A stretch of 64,000 bases of DNA from Deferribacterales bacterium (GCA_050253075.1 JBFWJS010000003.1:1-64000); one strand, 5' to 3'. Counted from the first letter of the stretch, positions 28,130-39,161 are shown. Made by a program: numbers and translations. The notes: generated by a model not told the origin, from the letters alone.

Positions 28130-30805
28130 ATGTTAAATCTAAGACTTAGAGAAGAATTCCGCAGCAAGAAGCTCAAAGGTACCATGGTTGATTTTACAAA
28201 TAGACAAGGTACTGGGGCATTAGATATAAGTGCATCTGAATTTTTAAACATAACATATCCATCTGTGGATCTATTAAAGACAATTGAAGCTTTGCAGCCA
28301 AATAAAGCTCGTCCAGTTGTAATTATTGGTTCAAGAGGACAAGGTAAGTCTCATTTGATGGCTGCGATAGCTCATATGTTTAAAGATCATAGTGCTACTG
28401 AAAAATGGTTAAAGTCATGGGCGAACCTGCTCCATAGAGATGACTTTTCAGAGTTAACTTTAAATCGCAATGTTGAGGTCATAACAGAAAGCTTACATCA
28501 GCATAATTATACTTTTCTATGGGATCTTCTCTTTGACAAACACCCAGAAGGTAACTTCATTAGAGGTAAATGGGAGGGACAAGGAGAAAATAAATCCGAA
28601 GTACCAGGAACCGCTCTCTTATTAGAAATGTTTCAGAAGAAGCCTACGGTACTTATTCTTGACGAATTTCAAACATGGTATGAGGGACTAACTAACAATA
28701 AGCAATACCCTCGTAGAAATTGGGCTTTTAATTTTATACAGATTCTCTCAGAAATAGCAGAACAATATCCAGAGCTTCTTACTATTGTGTTGTCCGTTAG
28801 AGAAGGGGACTCTGATGCCGCACAGCAAGTTTATAGGATTAACCATGTTAGGATAGATTTTAAAGGGCCAGAAGCAAAACGTGACCGGCAAAAGCTATTG
28901 CTCTATAGAATATTCGAAAACCGTATGCAAATTCCAGAGCCTGATATAGAAAATTTAATCTCCATACACCTTAGTGAATACTACCGTCTATACCATATAC
29001 ATGGATCAGAGAAGGATCGCTTAAAGAATGAATTCATCCAAAGCTGGCCTTTTTCTCCTATATTGATGAAATTACTTGATGATCAGGTTCTTATTGCTAC
29101 ACAAACACAAGAAACCAGAGACTTACTCCGTATTCTCGTGAATATTTTTAAAGATGCTGGAGAAAACAACCCTATTTTAACTGCTGCAGATTTCTCAATC
29201 ACAGAAGAGAAAAGTGGTGTTACTGCACTATTAGACTCTGTAGCGAATAAACTCCATCGAGACCTCCGTTCTAAAGCTCTTAGAAATTATGAAGCTGTTA
29301 AAGAAGTTGTAGATGGTTCTCTCCAGAAACAACCTCATCTTAGTATGATTTTAAGCTCTTTATGGCTTAGATCACTTTCGCTGGAAAATATTGCTGGTGC
29401 TCGGCCTGCTGAGATTCAACTAGATATTACAAAGGATAAAACTATAGATGATAACCTTTTTTCTGTAGAGCTGGAAACAATCAAAGAAAATAGCTTTAAT
29501 ATCCACCAAAAAGGGGATCGTCTTGTATTTCTAAACGAAGAAAACCCACAAGCAAAACTTATAGCTCACGCTAAAAATGATAAACTCTTTGATGAAGGAC
29601 AAGATATTGACTATTTGGCACAAGAAATCCGTTATGTATTGGGCGGTAGTGAGTCAAACAGCTCTCAGGGTCGTGTTATTATTTTACGGAAAAATTGGCA
29701 TGGTTCACCTTGGTCGGAAGTTGATGAAAAGGATCATCCAGCAAACTGGGATACAAGAATACCGTATGTTATAATCCCTAGAGGTGATGTTACGCAAAAA
29801 GATTTGGGTAATTGGCTTAAAAATCATATTTCAAAGTATAGGAATACAATACGTTTTATTCTTGCAAAAAGTAGCTTAGACCCTGTTTTTTATGACAAAG
29901 CTCTGTTGGTTCTTGCAAGAGCAGTTTATCTGGCTAAAGAGTGGAAAGATGCTGATTCGAACTATTCATCCCTTTATAGTAAGTATCAAAGTGATCTCAG
30001 AGCGCAATTAAAAGTACGTTTTGATCGTTATGCTGTTCTTGATACTTGGAATTTTGGTCAACCTGATTTGTGTGAATTTGAAATAAATGCACACAAAGCT
30101 GAGGGGGATAAAATTATTCCAGCTATTCAGGAAAGAATCGAAAAAGACCTCTTTATTATTGAAGATTTCGAGAAATTGGTGCTTGATTCTGCTAAAAGAA
30201 ATGACTCTTTTGCTGTCTTGATAAATCAATTGAAGGAGCCCGCAGGTGGAGGACAACCGTGCATCCCTTGGCTAGGTGAGATTAAAACAAAAGAGCACAT
30301 AGTTAGACTATGCGCAAAAGGTAAGATTGAAATAAATCTTCGTGGCAGAGAATTATTAACTACTCTCCCTGGTGAATCTGAAGATACTGCATGGAATCGT
30401 ATGAAAGGAAAAATTGGTGCCGGTAGAGAGCTGGAAGAAACTTCAATTCATGAGCCTGACAGCACTGTTACCTCTGGTGGTGGACAAGCAACAGCAGGGA
30501 CTGCTAGCAATGGAGGTAATGATTCAGATTATATATCTAAAATACCAGAAGGCAGTACTCCTATTCCTGGCGTACTTTTTGGAGGAACCTCGACTACATA
30601 TGGGAAGAAGACTCCCTTTAGTGCGTATAGCTCATCATCTCTATCCATACTGGGTAAAATAGAAAGTTTCGGCATTACTCCAGGAGCTAAAGTATCTAAT
30701 ATCAGCCTATCGATAGACAACCTTACTGGAGCTCAGCTAAATGATTTAATAAAGAAATTACCCGATGGGATATTATATAGCCTTAATCTTGAGAAGGAGG
30801 ACTAA
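28130..30805 (+). CDS. DUF499-like / BrxC-related AAA+ ATPase
   Basis: FLNITYPS, Walker A GSRGQGKSH, Walker B LILDEFQ, SWPFSP and QETRDLLR. Confidence 0.8.
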   Translation: MLNLRLREEFRSKKLKGTMVDFTNRQGTGALDISASEFLNITYPSVDLLKTIEALQPNKARPVVIIGSRGQGKSHLMAAIAHMFKDHSATEKWLKSWANLLHRDDFSELTLNRNVEVITESLHQHNYTFLWDLLFDKHPEGNFIRGKWEGQGENKSEVPGTALLLEMFQKKPTVLILDEFQTWYEGLTNNKQYPRRNWAFNFIQILSEIAEQYPELLTIVLSVREGDSDAAQQVYRINHVRIDFKGPEAKRDRQKLLLYRIFENRMQIPEPDIENLISIHLSEYYRLYHIHGSEKDRLKNEFIQSWPFSPILMKLLDDQVLIATQTQETRDLLRILVNIFKDAGENNPILTAADFSITEEKSGVTALLDSVANKLHRDLRSKALRNYEAVKEVVDGSLQKQPHLSMILSSLWLRSLSLENIAGARPAEIQLDITKDKTIDDNLFSVELETIKENSFNIHQKGDRLVFLNEENPQAKLIAHAKNDKLFDEGQDIDYLAQEIRYVLGGSESNSSQGRVIILRKNWHGSPWSEVDEKDHPANWDTRIPYVIIPRGDVTQKDLGNWLKNHISKYRNTIRFILAKSSLDPVFYDKALLVLARAVYLAKEWKDADSNYSSLYSKYQSDLRAQLKVRFDRYAVLDTWNFGQPDLCEFEINAHKAEGDKIIPAIQERIEKDLFIIEDFEKLVLDSAKRNDSFAVLINQLKEPAGGGQPCIPWLGEIKTKEHIVRLCAKGKIEINLRGRELLTTLPGESEDTAWNRMKGKIGAGRELEETSIHEPDSTVTSGGGQATAGTASNGGNDSDYISKIPEGSTPIPGVLFGGTSTTYGKKTPFSAYSSSSLSILGKIESFGITPGAKVSNISLSIDNLTGAQLNDLIKKLPDGILYSLNLEKED

Positions 30806-31788
30806 TGGACCAGTCAATTCTCAATACAATAATGACGGCAGAGCCAGAAGAATGTTTACAGTTGCTTTTGAAAGAAGTCTGGAAGATTTTTTCAACTCCA
30901 ATAAACTCTGCGACAGCGGATGCTCTTACTGTTGAAAGGGATAAGAAAGCAGCCGTTTTAGATACATTAATTTGCGGTGCAGCTTGGGAATTATGGAATA
31001 TAATACCTCACTCACAATTGAGAACATCATATCAATTATCAAAGTTCTGGCAGCATGAATCACAAGGGAAATCAGTATTGATTCTCGACGCTTTATCATT
31101 GAGAGAAGCATGTTGGATATTAGAACAGGCTGAAAATAGAGGATACTCTATTAATAGGAGCTTTGCATCTTTCTCTGAAATTCCAGGCGATACCACGCCT
31201 TTTGCTAAAGCACTCGGATATAGCCAACGTTCATCATTGGCTAACAATGGAGGGAAAAGCGACTTATTTCCTGGTGCATACACCGAGTCAGCTGATATTC
31301 CATTTGCAGACTGCTGTAGGTTGATCAAGCCTGAGACCGGTATTATTTTTTGGCACCATTGGCCTGACAGTCTTATTCATGACCTTTCCGATGATGGCAG
31401 CGGTGCCCAAAAAATTACGAAAGCAGCAATTGAAACATTTTACTCTGATGATTTTTGGAAATTTATTGACATTCTTGCAACGGGAAGAAAACTCGTCATT
31501 ACCGGAGATCATGGCTACGCTAATGCAGGATTGTTTAAAGATATCATAAACAAAGAACAGATTGAGTACATGAAAAACCTCTTTAAAAGCGGTCGTTCAA
31601 CGCAGACAAATTCTGATTATAACAATAACTGGGTACCACCTTTAGCAATGGATATTGGTGATAGTAAACTTGCTCTGGGTAGAAAAAAATGGAAAAGCCA
31701 GGGCGGCTATCCCACGCTAACGCATGGTGGGCTTTCTTTGTTAGAGATGGCAGTTCCTTTTATAGAAATAGAAAAGAAACAAGGATAA
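30805..31788 (+). CDS. PglZ-like alkaline-phosphatase-fold protein
   Basis: LILDALSLRE, PGDT, WPD..IH, VITGDHGY and HGGLSLLEMAVP. Confidence 0.8.
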   Translation: MDQSILNTIMTAEPEECLQLLLKEVWKIFSTPINSATADALTVERDKKAAVLDTLICGAAWELWNIIPHSQLRTSYQLSKFWQHESQGKSVLILDALSLREACWILEQAENRGYSINRSFASFSEIPGDTTPFAKALGYSQRSSLANNGGKSDLFPGAYTESADIPFADCCRLIKPETGIIFWHHWPDSLIHDLSDDGSGAQKITKAAIETFYSDDFWKFIDILATGRKLVITGDHGYANAGLFKDIINKEQIEYMKNLFKSGRSTQTNSDYNNNWVPPLAMDIGDSKLALGRKKWKSQGGYPTLTHGGLSLLEMAVPFIEIEKKQG

Positions 31789-31793
31789 TAAAT

Positions 31794-34700
31794 ATGGCTG
31801 GCGCAAAACTTACAAAAGCAGAAGAAATAGAACAAATGGTGGCAGCGGCAGTGGATGCCGGAGAAGAACGCCATCTGGAAACCGTAGACTTTAATGACCC
31901 CAACAGACCAAAGACCTGTCTGGAGGTCGATTTTCCGATCCTGCCGATAAACTCTTTATCAGCGATTGAAGCTGCTTCAGGTAGTACAAAGAAACCAATC
32001 TACAAAATGTCCAAATGGTGGGCTCGAAGACAATCATCTGTGTTTCGCTCTACCTTGATTGCTGCCGCTGCGAAAGCACCGGACGATCAGGCCGAAGCGG
32101 CAAAGCTGGTTTGGGAAAACTACTACTGCAACCACCAGAAAAATGCTTCTTTTAATAACCTGAAAGTAGCTGACATCTTTATGGGCGGCGGAACCACACT
32201 TGTTGAAGGTGCCCGCCTTGGCATGCAGATGTATGGCAATGACCTGAATCCGGTGGCGTGGCTGGTGGTCAAGAATGAACTGGCCAATGTGGATATCGAG
32301 GAGGTCAAACGGCTCTTTGCCTATATAGAATCCGAAGTGAAGCCCCAAATTATGCCCTTTTATGCCTGCGAAGGTCCCAACGGTGAAAAAGGCATCTGGT
32401 ACAGTGTGGAAACTGGTAAGCCCATGCCGGAAGATTTTGATCCGCTGGCAGTGGCTCCTGAAGATCGCAAGAAATACCGCTATGAGGGCCCGGAAATTAT
32501 CTACACCTTCTGGGCGAAACATGGACCGTGTAGTGCCCCTAGATGTAATCATCGGACACCACTTTTCAGCTCACCTGTCATTGCTGTGAAGGATCTGTCT
32601 GTAAAAACATGGCCAAATCAAAAATGTGATGATTGCCATAATTCTTTTGATATAGAAGCGGGCGAAGTACGCATGGCACCTGATGAGCTGTTAATAATTG
32701 CAGATGATAATGATATCTTTACAACTCTTGATTCTAAGGGCATATATTTTTGCCCCCATTGTGGTAAAAAGCAAATGAAGAATCTTGAACATGTAAAAAG
32801 TAAGAATAAGAAAGTTTCTCTTTCCCTGTTGATTCATCCTGACTGGATGAAAGGTGCCCCCGGAAGCGATGACCAAGGCGAACTGGGCGGAACCGTAACC
32901 AGCACGGTTGAAGAAACCAAACGCTGGAATGAATTGCGCCAGAGCACCCTCAAGCTGATTGAAGTGCGTGGAAAACTGCCGGACGAAATCACCTTGCCGG
33001 TTAGTGGCGAAGTGATGTCTACCAAAAATGGGACGATTCCAAAGAGGTCCACCTTTACCTGTCAGGAAGAAACATGTGGTTTACAGCAGAATAGTATGGA
33101 AGCAATCAGAAAATCGTTAGGTTCTGCAGCCATCAGCCCTTACGCATTACATTGTTACTCTCAGAAAAGAAAAGATTCCTCTGCAGCTTATAATGGTAGG
33201 TTTTCCAAAGGCATTTCAAAAAAAGATTTAAAAAGAGCAAACGCGGCATTAGTTGAGTGGAATAAGAGATCAATAGGGGACTTAAAAGATTACTTCCCAA
33301 AGAGTGAGTTACCATTTGGCGTAATGACACATTTAGCAAATGGCGATTTACCGAAGAATTATGGCTATACACATTTTCATACAATGTTTAATTCGCGCCA
33401 ATTACTAATGAATTCATTGCTTTTAAAAACCATTCATAAAGCTGATGGCTTTTCTGAAACAGTAAAAGAGATTGCATTTGGCGCGTTTCAATCATTTTTG
33501 AGAAATCAAAATATGTTCTGTATTTGGGATATTGGAGCTGACCAATTGACCCCCATGTTTAGTAACAATAATTATCACCCAAAAGCAACATGGATAGAAA
33601 ATAACTTTGTGTCGCCAGTAGGAAGAGGTAATTGGAGCACTGCCGTAGACATTGCAATCGAAGGTTCAAACTGGAAAAACAATACAACTGAATTAGTTCC
33701 AAAGACAATACTGGCATCCGATAATTATGAATTCGAAAAACTAGTTACAGGTAAAAGTGCCAAGGTATATATGCCTGACAGTGTATTACCAGGTACAAAT
33801 GTCACCTGCGGATCGTCTACAGAATTGACCAGTCTCGAGTCTGGCTCCTACGACCTCGTCATAACCGATCCTCCATTCGGAGGGCTTTTGCACTACTCCG
33901 AGCTTGCCGACTTTTTCTATGTCTGGCTGCGTTTGGTACTGAAGGATAAGTATCCAGAGTATTTCTCAGGAGAATACACACCAAAAACTCTTGAGGCTGT
34001 AGCCAATAAAGCTAGAAACCCAAAAGATGCTGATGAATTTTATAAGCGTGTTCTCACCGATTGCTGGCGGGAGGCTCATCGTATTCTTAAAGCTGGTGGC
34101 ATTCTCGCATTTACATTTCATCATAGTGAGGATGAGCCATGGGTAGATGTTCTTGAAAGCCTCTTTAATTCTGGTTTCTTTCTTGAGGCAACATATCCTA
34201 TCAGATCAGATGAGACAAAAGGTGATGGCGAATTCGGCTCAAAAACTATTGAATACGATATAATACATGTTTGCCGTAAAAGGACTGCTGAGCCCTCTGA
34301 AATAAGCTGGGCGAAGCTGCGCAGACAGATATTACGAGATGTCCGTCAGCTGCAGGATTTACTTGAGCACCATCAAAAGGCTGGTCTGCCTGATGCTGAT
34401 ATTGAAGTTATCAAAAGAGGCAAGGCTCTCGAATATTTTTCACGCCATTATGGCAAGGTTTATGTTGAAGAGGGTCGTGAGTTTACAATCAAAGAGGCAT
34501 TAGCTGGGATCAATGAAATTATTCAAGATCAATCAAGTGAAAGCACTACGAAAGCTCCTGATAAGGCAGAACCTTTAACTCGTCAATTTCTACGGATTTT
34601 TGCAGATAGAAGTCAAATTGAACGTGATCAAATTCAAAAATACCTGAGAGGGTCAGGTGTTGGTCCGAGTGATTTTGTTTCCAAAGCTTGGTGTAGTGAA

Positions 34701-35042
34701 ATAAACCGGCCTAAAGCATTTGTCTGGGCAGACCCACTTGAGTTTGCAAAAGATAAGAAATCACTCCGAAGTATTCACAGAGACTTTGATCAGGCGTTGT
34801 TCTTTGTTGGTGCCTGCTACTTAGACAGTGGTATTAACCTCAAAAAAGAGATGGAGACTTCTGATTTTAGACCTCACCCCGCATTAGGTGACTTATTAGA
34901 TTGGCTTGGAATACATGGTCCGTCTAATGATTTTAAAAATGCTACCTACACGGCAAAAAAACTTTTTAATAGCTGGTCAGAGAAGAATCAGATAATAGTT
35001 CAAAAACAACTATCAGTATACGATCTCTTAGAGGAGGAGTAA
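31794..35042 (+). CDS. DUF1156-containing amino (likely adenine) DNA methyltransferase
   Basis: KWWARR, motif I DIFMGGGTT, DLNPVA, CxxC zinc fingers, motif IV VITDPPF and FTFHH. Confidence 0.88.
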   Translation: MAGAKLTKAEEIEQMVAAAVDAGEERHLETVDFNDPNRPKTCLEVDFPILPINSLSAIEAASGSTKKPIYKMSKWWARRQSSVFRSTLIAAAAKAPDDQAEAAKLVWENYYCNHQKNASFNNLKVADIFMGGGTTLVEGARLGMQMYGNDLNPVAWLVVKNELANVDIEEVKRLFAYIESEVKPQIMPFYACEGPNGEKGIWYSVETGKPMPEDFDPLAVAPEDRKKYRYEGPEIIYTFWAKHGPCSAPRCNHRTPLFSSPVIAVKDLSVKTWPNQKCDDCHNSFDIEAGEVRMAPDELLIIADDNDIFTTLDSKGIYFCPHCGKKQMKNLEHVKSKNKKVSLSLLIHPDWMKGAPGSDDQGELGGTVTSTVEETKRWNELRQSTLKLIEVRGKLPDEITLPVSGEVMSTKNGTIPKRSTFTCQEETCGLQQNSMEAIRKSLGSAAISPYALHCYSQKRKDSSAAYNGRFSKGISKKDLKRANAALVEWNKRSIGDLKDYFPKSELPFGVMTHLANGDLPKNYGYTHFHTMFNSRQLLMNSLLLKTIHKADGFSETVKEIAFGAFQSFLRNQNMFCIWDIGADQLTPMFSNNNYHPKATWIENNFVSPVGRGNWSTAVDIAIEGSNWKNNTTELVPKTILASDNYEFEKLVTGKSAKVYMPDSVLPGTNVTCGSSTELTSLESGSYDLVITDPPFGGLLHYSELADFFYVWLRLVLKDKYPEYFSGEYTPKTLEAVANKARNPKDADEFYKRVLTDCWREAHRILKAGGILAFTFHHSEDEPWVDVLESLFNSGFFLEATYPIRSDETKGDGEFGSKTIEYDIIHVCRKRTAEPSEISWAKLRRQILRDVRQLQDLLEHHQKAGLPDADIEVIKRGKALEYFSRHYGKVYVEEGREFTIKEALAGINEIIQDQSSESTTKAPDKAEPLTRQFLRIFADRSQIERDQIQKYLRGSGVGPSDFVSKAWCSEINRPKAFVWADPLEFAKDKKSLRSIHRDFDQALFFVGACYLDSGINLKKEMETSDFRPHPALGDLLDWLGIHGPSNDFKNATYTAKKLFNSWSEKNQIIVQKQLSVYDLLEEE

Positions 35043-35043
35043 T

Positions 35044-35544
35044 ATGGACCCGATCCTGCGTGATAATATTTGGCAGCGGAAAGGGATTTCGATACTGTGG
35101 GATGATAGCACATTAGCTGATCTGATTAATGATAATCGTGTAATCTCACTGAGAGAGTTCTTTTCTTTCTATGCACAAAACTGGCCGGAAAATTCGATGC
35201 CTTTTATAAATGACGACTTGCTTTTGGTTGCAGGGCTCGATGCAGCTCTTGATACTCTTGAAGCCTCTGATGCAGAACATTGGGTGACACAAGAGGTATA
35301 CAAGCGTATTTATGAGTTTCAAAACTGGGCAGAAGGACAGTATGCCCTCGTTTTCTGGATGAGCAGTAAGAATCGATGGAAAGAACACATAGATGAAGAC
35401 AGATATACCTGGCTTTGCGACGGGAAAGACCGTGGCAAAGAAATTGAACTAGGTAGTGGAATATGGAATGGTGCACAACGCAGTGTCCAGCGAATTGAAT
35501 CAGATAATCGCTGGATAGGCCTTTTCTTAGACAGGATTAGTTAA
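35044..35544 (+). CDS. Hypothetical protein of the defence operon (possible inactive NTPase fold)
   Basis: Tightly packed between the methylase and helicase; LLLVAGLD is a Walker-B-like strand. Confidence 0.65.
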   Translation: MDPILRDNIWQRKGISILWDDSTLADLINDNRVISLREFFSFYAQNWPENSMPFINDDLLLVAGLDAALDTLEASDAEHWVTQEVYKRIYEFQNWAEGQYALVFWMSSKNRWKEHIDEDRYTWLCDGKDRGKEIELGSGIWNGAQRSVQRIESDNRWIGLFLDRIS

Positions 35545-35546
35545 TA

Positions 35547-38282
35547 ATGCCTTACGAGATAATTCCTGGAATTAGGGTTAAACATAAAGATTTTGGTCAG
35601 GGAGCTGTTCTTTCAGTATCTGCAGGATTCGCAACGGTTTTCTTTTCTGTTGGAGAAAAACGAGTACCTTTTTCTGAATTAACACCTGCATTAAGTCGAA
35701 ATGAAGAAATTGTTCTTAATATCAGCTCTGGCGCAGACCGGCAAAAAAAAGCCTGGTTGTGTTATAAGGCACATGAGCTGCCGCTCCTTGAAAATGCAAC
35801 ATCTATGACGGCTGCTAGAATTGACCTGTTGCCTCATCAGGTAGTTATTACGCATAAAATAGCTGTTGCTGGTCCGAGAAGGTTTCTGATTGCTGATGAA
35901 GTTGGATTGGGTAAAACTATAGAAACTGCCCTAATCTTAAGAGAACTGGCAAGCAGAGGAGAGCTTAACAGAGCATTGATGATTGTTCCTGCTGGCCTTG
36001 TAAACAATTGGCATAGAGAGCTCAACGAGGTATTTAATCTCAATTTTGAAGTCTTTGGAAGTGAGGGTGACGTCAGTGATAGAAAGACTAATGCTTTTGC
36101 AAAACACAATTTATTAATTGCAAGTATAGACACCCTAAAAAGACCGGAACGGATAAAAAAACTTTTAGACGCACCTAAATGGGATCTTGTTGTTTTTGAC
36201 GAAGCACATCATTGCACCGCTTATAAGCAAGGCGGTAAAACCAAGAAAACTCAAAACTATAAACTTGCCGAAACAATAAGAGATCATACTAGAGATTTAA
36301 TTCTCCTTTCAGCAACACCACACCAAGGCGATCATTACAGGTTCTGGAAATTAATTCAGTTGTTAGACCCTGCATTATTTAAGAATGAATCAGAAATGGT
36401 CGAGGAACGTCATCGATTGAATCCCTATGTCTTCAGACGTACAAAAGCTGATGCTTGCCGACCAGATGGTTCTACTCTTTTTGCTAGACGTTGGGTTCAT
36501 ACTGAGGCGTTTACAATGTCACATGAAGAAAGATCATTCTACCTGGCACTGAATGAATATCTCAGAGACGGATTTGCATTGGCCAAAAAACAAGGTAGCA
36601 AAGGGAGAGCTCTTGGCTTTGTTATGACCATCTTTCAAAAAATTGCAGCATCAAGCTTTGCCGCAGTGCACAGAACGCTTCGTCGGCGTTTAATTGCGCT
36701 TACTGTTCATGAAGGATTAATTCATGACGAAAACCTTGATATTGATCTTAGAGATGATGCTTTTAGGATCGCAAAGGAATATATTAGACTTGAATTTCAG
36801 CTTAGCAATGACCAAATGAGCAATCTAGAAGCTGAACGTATTCTCAATGAATTAAAACGCAAACAATTAAAAAAGATTAATGAAGAAGAATTACAGATGG
36901 CATCAGATACATTTGCTGATGAGCTGACGACACAATCGGCAGAAGATGCTGTCATGAACGCAGTAGCCTTTGCATTGCCTGAAGAGCGAGAGCGTATTAC
37001 AGAATTACTCGCACAGTTTCCTAATATTCAGGAGACAAAAGTCGAAAAACTTATTTCTGCTCTTGGAATTTTATGGGCTCAAAATCCAGAGGAACGTGTA
37101 GTCATATTTGCAACATACCTTGGTACAGTAGAGATGTTAGGGAAAGAAATCAATCATTCTTACCCAGGTCAAGGCGTAGTTGTCCTAAAAGGTGGAGATC
37201 ACGGCAGTAAAGCCGCCGCCGAAAAAAGGTTTAAACAACCAAATGGCCCACGTGTAATGATTTGTACAGCAGCTGGACGAGAAGGTATTAACCTTCAGCA
37301 TGCCAGAGTACTTTTTAACTTTGATCTCCCTTGGAATCCTATGGATATGGAACAGCGCATTGGTCGTATACATAGATATGGTCAAAAGGACACAGCTCAG
37401 GTTTATAATTTAGTTCTAGGTGACACTATAGAAGGGAAAATATATTTACTGCTTGATGACAAACTCAAAGAAATAGCTTCAGCCCTTGGAAAAGTTGATA
37501 GTAACGGCAATATTGCTGAAGATTTACGATCTCAGATATTAGGACAGCTTCAAGAAACCATTAACTATCAAAAATTATATTCTGAAGCTCTCAATGATCC
37601 CTCTTTGAAAAGGACACAGCTTGAATTAAGTGCAGCAATGACAAACGCCTCTGAAGCTAGAAATGCGGTATCTGAACTATTCCAAGACCTTGATCAGTTT
37701 AGCTTGGATGAGTACCAACCTCTATCTGATATCGATACGAGTATGCAACAATTAATATCCTTTGCCGAAATGTCAGCTTATTTAGAAAAATGTAAATTTG
37801 AAAAGAATGACAACATTCACATTTTTACTGATATTAACGGAGACAAAATTCGTTTTACGACTAATAGAGATGTAGCCTTAGAAGACGACAGCTTAGAAAT
37901 TCTTGGGTTAGATCACCCCATTATAGAAAAATGGTTACTAAAATATCGTAATATATCCACAGAGCAAATTGCTTGTGTAGTGGTTGGAAATAACCTACAT
38001 AAAGGAATTCTTTCGATTTGGGAAATTGAGACACATAATTCGAAAGGACATATTGTAAGATCAATTATTAAAATTGGTATGGACCATTCCGGAGACAGGA
38101 ATGTTTCTATCGAAAAGAATATAGATGATGTATTTTTTTATTCAAGCAATGAAGCTATTAAGCCTAATAATTTTCTGCCATTAGCTGAAACTCTTCTTGA
38201 AAGAGAAATGAAGCATAGATTTAGAACTAACAGCGATTATGCATATAGTGCAAAACTAATTGGCTGGATAGAAATTGTTTGA
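35547..38282 (+). CDS. SNF2/RapA-family SF2 helicase
   Basis: LLPHQ, ADEVGLGKT, DEAH, SATPH, EGINLQ and EQRIGRIHRYGQ. Confidence 0.92.
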   Translation: MPYEIIPGIRVKHKDFGQGAVLSVSAGFATVFFSVGEKRVPFSELTPALSRNEEIVLNISSGADRQKKAWLCYKAHELPLLENATSMTAARIDLLPHQVVITHKIAVAGPRRFLIADEVGLGKTIETALILRELASRGELNRALMIVPAGLVNNWHRELNEVFNLNFEVFGSEGDVSDRKTNAFAKHNLLIASIDTLKRPERIKKLLDAPKWDLVVFDEAHHCTAYKQGGKTKKTQNYKLAETIRDHTRDLILLSATPHQGDHYRFWKLIQLLDPALFKNESEMVEERHRLNPYVFRRTKADACRPDGSTLFARRWVHTEAFTMSHEERSFYLALNEYLRDGFALAKKQGSKGRALGFVMTIFQKIAASSFAAVHRTLRRRLIALTVHEGLIHDENLDIDLRDDAFRIAKEYIRLEFQLSNDQMSNLEAERILNELKRKQLKKINEEELQMASDTFADELTTQSAEDAVMNAVAFALPEERERITELLAQFPNIQETKVEKLISALGILWAQNPEERVVIFATYLGTVEMLGKEINHSYPGQGVVVLKGGDHGSKAAAEKRFKQPNGPRVMICTAAGREGINLQHARVLFNFDLPWNPMDMEQRIGRIHRYGQKDTAQVYNLVLGDTIEGKIYLLLDDKLKEIASALGKVDSNGNIAEDLRSQILGQLQETINYQKLYSEALNDPSLKRTQLELSAAMTNASEARNAVSELFQDLDQFSLDEYQPLSDIDTSMQQLISFAEMSAYLEKCKFEKNDNIHIFTDINGDKIRFTTNRDVALEDDSLEILGLDHPIIEKWLLKYRNISTEQIACVVVGNNLHKGILSIWEIETHNSKGHIVRSIIKIGMDHSGDRNVSIEKNIDDVFFYSSNEAIKPNNFLPLAETLLEREMKHRFRTNSDYAYSAKLIGWIEIV

Positions 38283-38319
38283 ATTTGATGTTTCGTATGT
38301 TTTCGTGTTCTATTACAAA

Positions 38320-38349
38320 CAAAAAGCCCCGTCAGAATGACAGGGCTTT
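38320..38349. terminator. Bidirectional terminator between convergent operons
   Basis: AAAAAGCCCCGTCA...TGACAGGGCTTT hairpin. Confidence 0.65.
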
Positions 38350-38380
38350 GATGTAACAATGAAACGATAAGCAATTGAAC

Positions 38381-38800
38381 CTAGTCTTCATTTGGGAACA
38401 TTATGGTGATGACGGGGCTATCGTCGTCGCCAGGGCCGATTACAGAAACCAGCTCGTGCAGACGCTGGGTGCCGCTGTCGTGTTTTCCGTCAATATCCCG
38501 AACGCTCACTTTGAAGCGGACACCGGCGGCCTGCTTGTTCCTTTCGGCTGCCATCCGCATGCAGAATAAAATATCCCACAAGCGGCCGGTAATATCATCC
38601 AACCCTTCATACTCTTCCGGCAGTGCAACACAGCTGTCGTAAACAGCCCTCGTCAGCGCAACCGGAATCTTGAACCCTGCCTGTCTGACAAGCGTCACAT
38701 GCTCGCCTTCTGGTGTATAGTCTGTTACGTCCACAAGAACGCCATCAGCGATAGCATCCGAGCGGGTATATGAGAAGACAATGTCATCTTTACCAAACAT
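38381..38800 (-). CDS. Conserved mobile-element hypothetical protein (DUF6573-like)
   Basis: YTRSDAIADGVLVDV, GRLWDIL and GPGDDDSPVITIMFPNED. Confidence 0.7.
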   Translation of the reverse strand: MFGKDDIVFSYTRSDAIADGVLVDVTDYTPEGEHVTLVRQAGFKIPVALTRAVYDSCVALPEEYEGLDDITGRLWDILFCMRMAAERNKQAAGVRFKVSVRDIDGKHDSGTQRLHELVSVIGPGDDDSPVITIMFPNED

Positions 38801-39161
38801 ATCTGCTCCTCCCGCAAAGCGTTGTGTGAGAGATTTGCTCAGTCTCGTAACAGCTTTTAATGTCATCCAGATAAGAGCTGAAAGTTACGCCGTATTTGTC
38901 TACAAATATCTGCTCATATTCAGAGCGATACCTGCGGCCTGAATTATCAAGGTAAGTAATGTCAGGAATGAACCATGAAAGATTAAGCTCACCAAAAAGC
39001 TGACCTGATTCTGTGATAGTCCTTAATGCCTGCTTAATCTGCCGAATGTTATTTTCAGTCAGGTTCACAAACGCTTTGACAGTTACGCCTTTGAATAATT
39101 CCGGATCGGTCAGAACAGTAAGGATTAGAGTTTTGATGATCGGTTGTTTGTCTGAGCTCAT
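38790..39161 (-). CDS. Hypothetical protein (paralogue of 39158-39535)
   Basis: Shares VKA.V.LT, WF...TY.DN.G and VDK.GV.F.SYL with its neighbour. Confidence 0.7.
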   Translation of the reverse strand: MSSDKQPIIKTLILTVLTDPELFKGVTVKAFVNLTENNIRQIKQALRTITESGQLFGELNLSWFIPDITYLDNSGRRYRSEYEQIFVDKYGVTFSSYLDDIKSCYETEQISHTTLCGRSRYVW

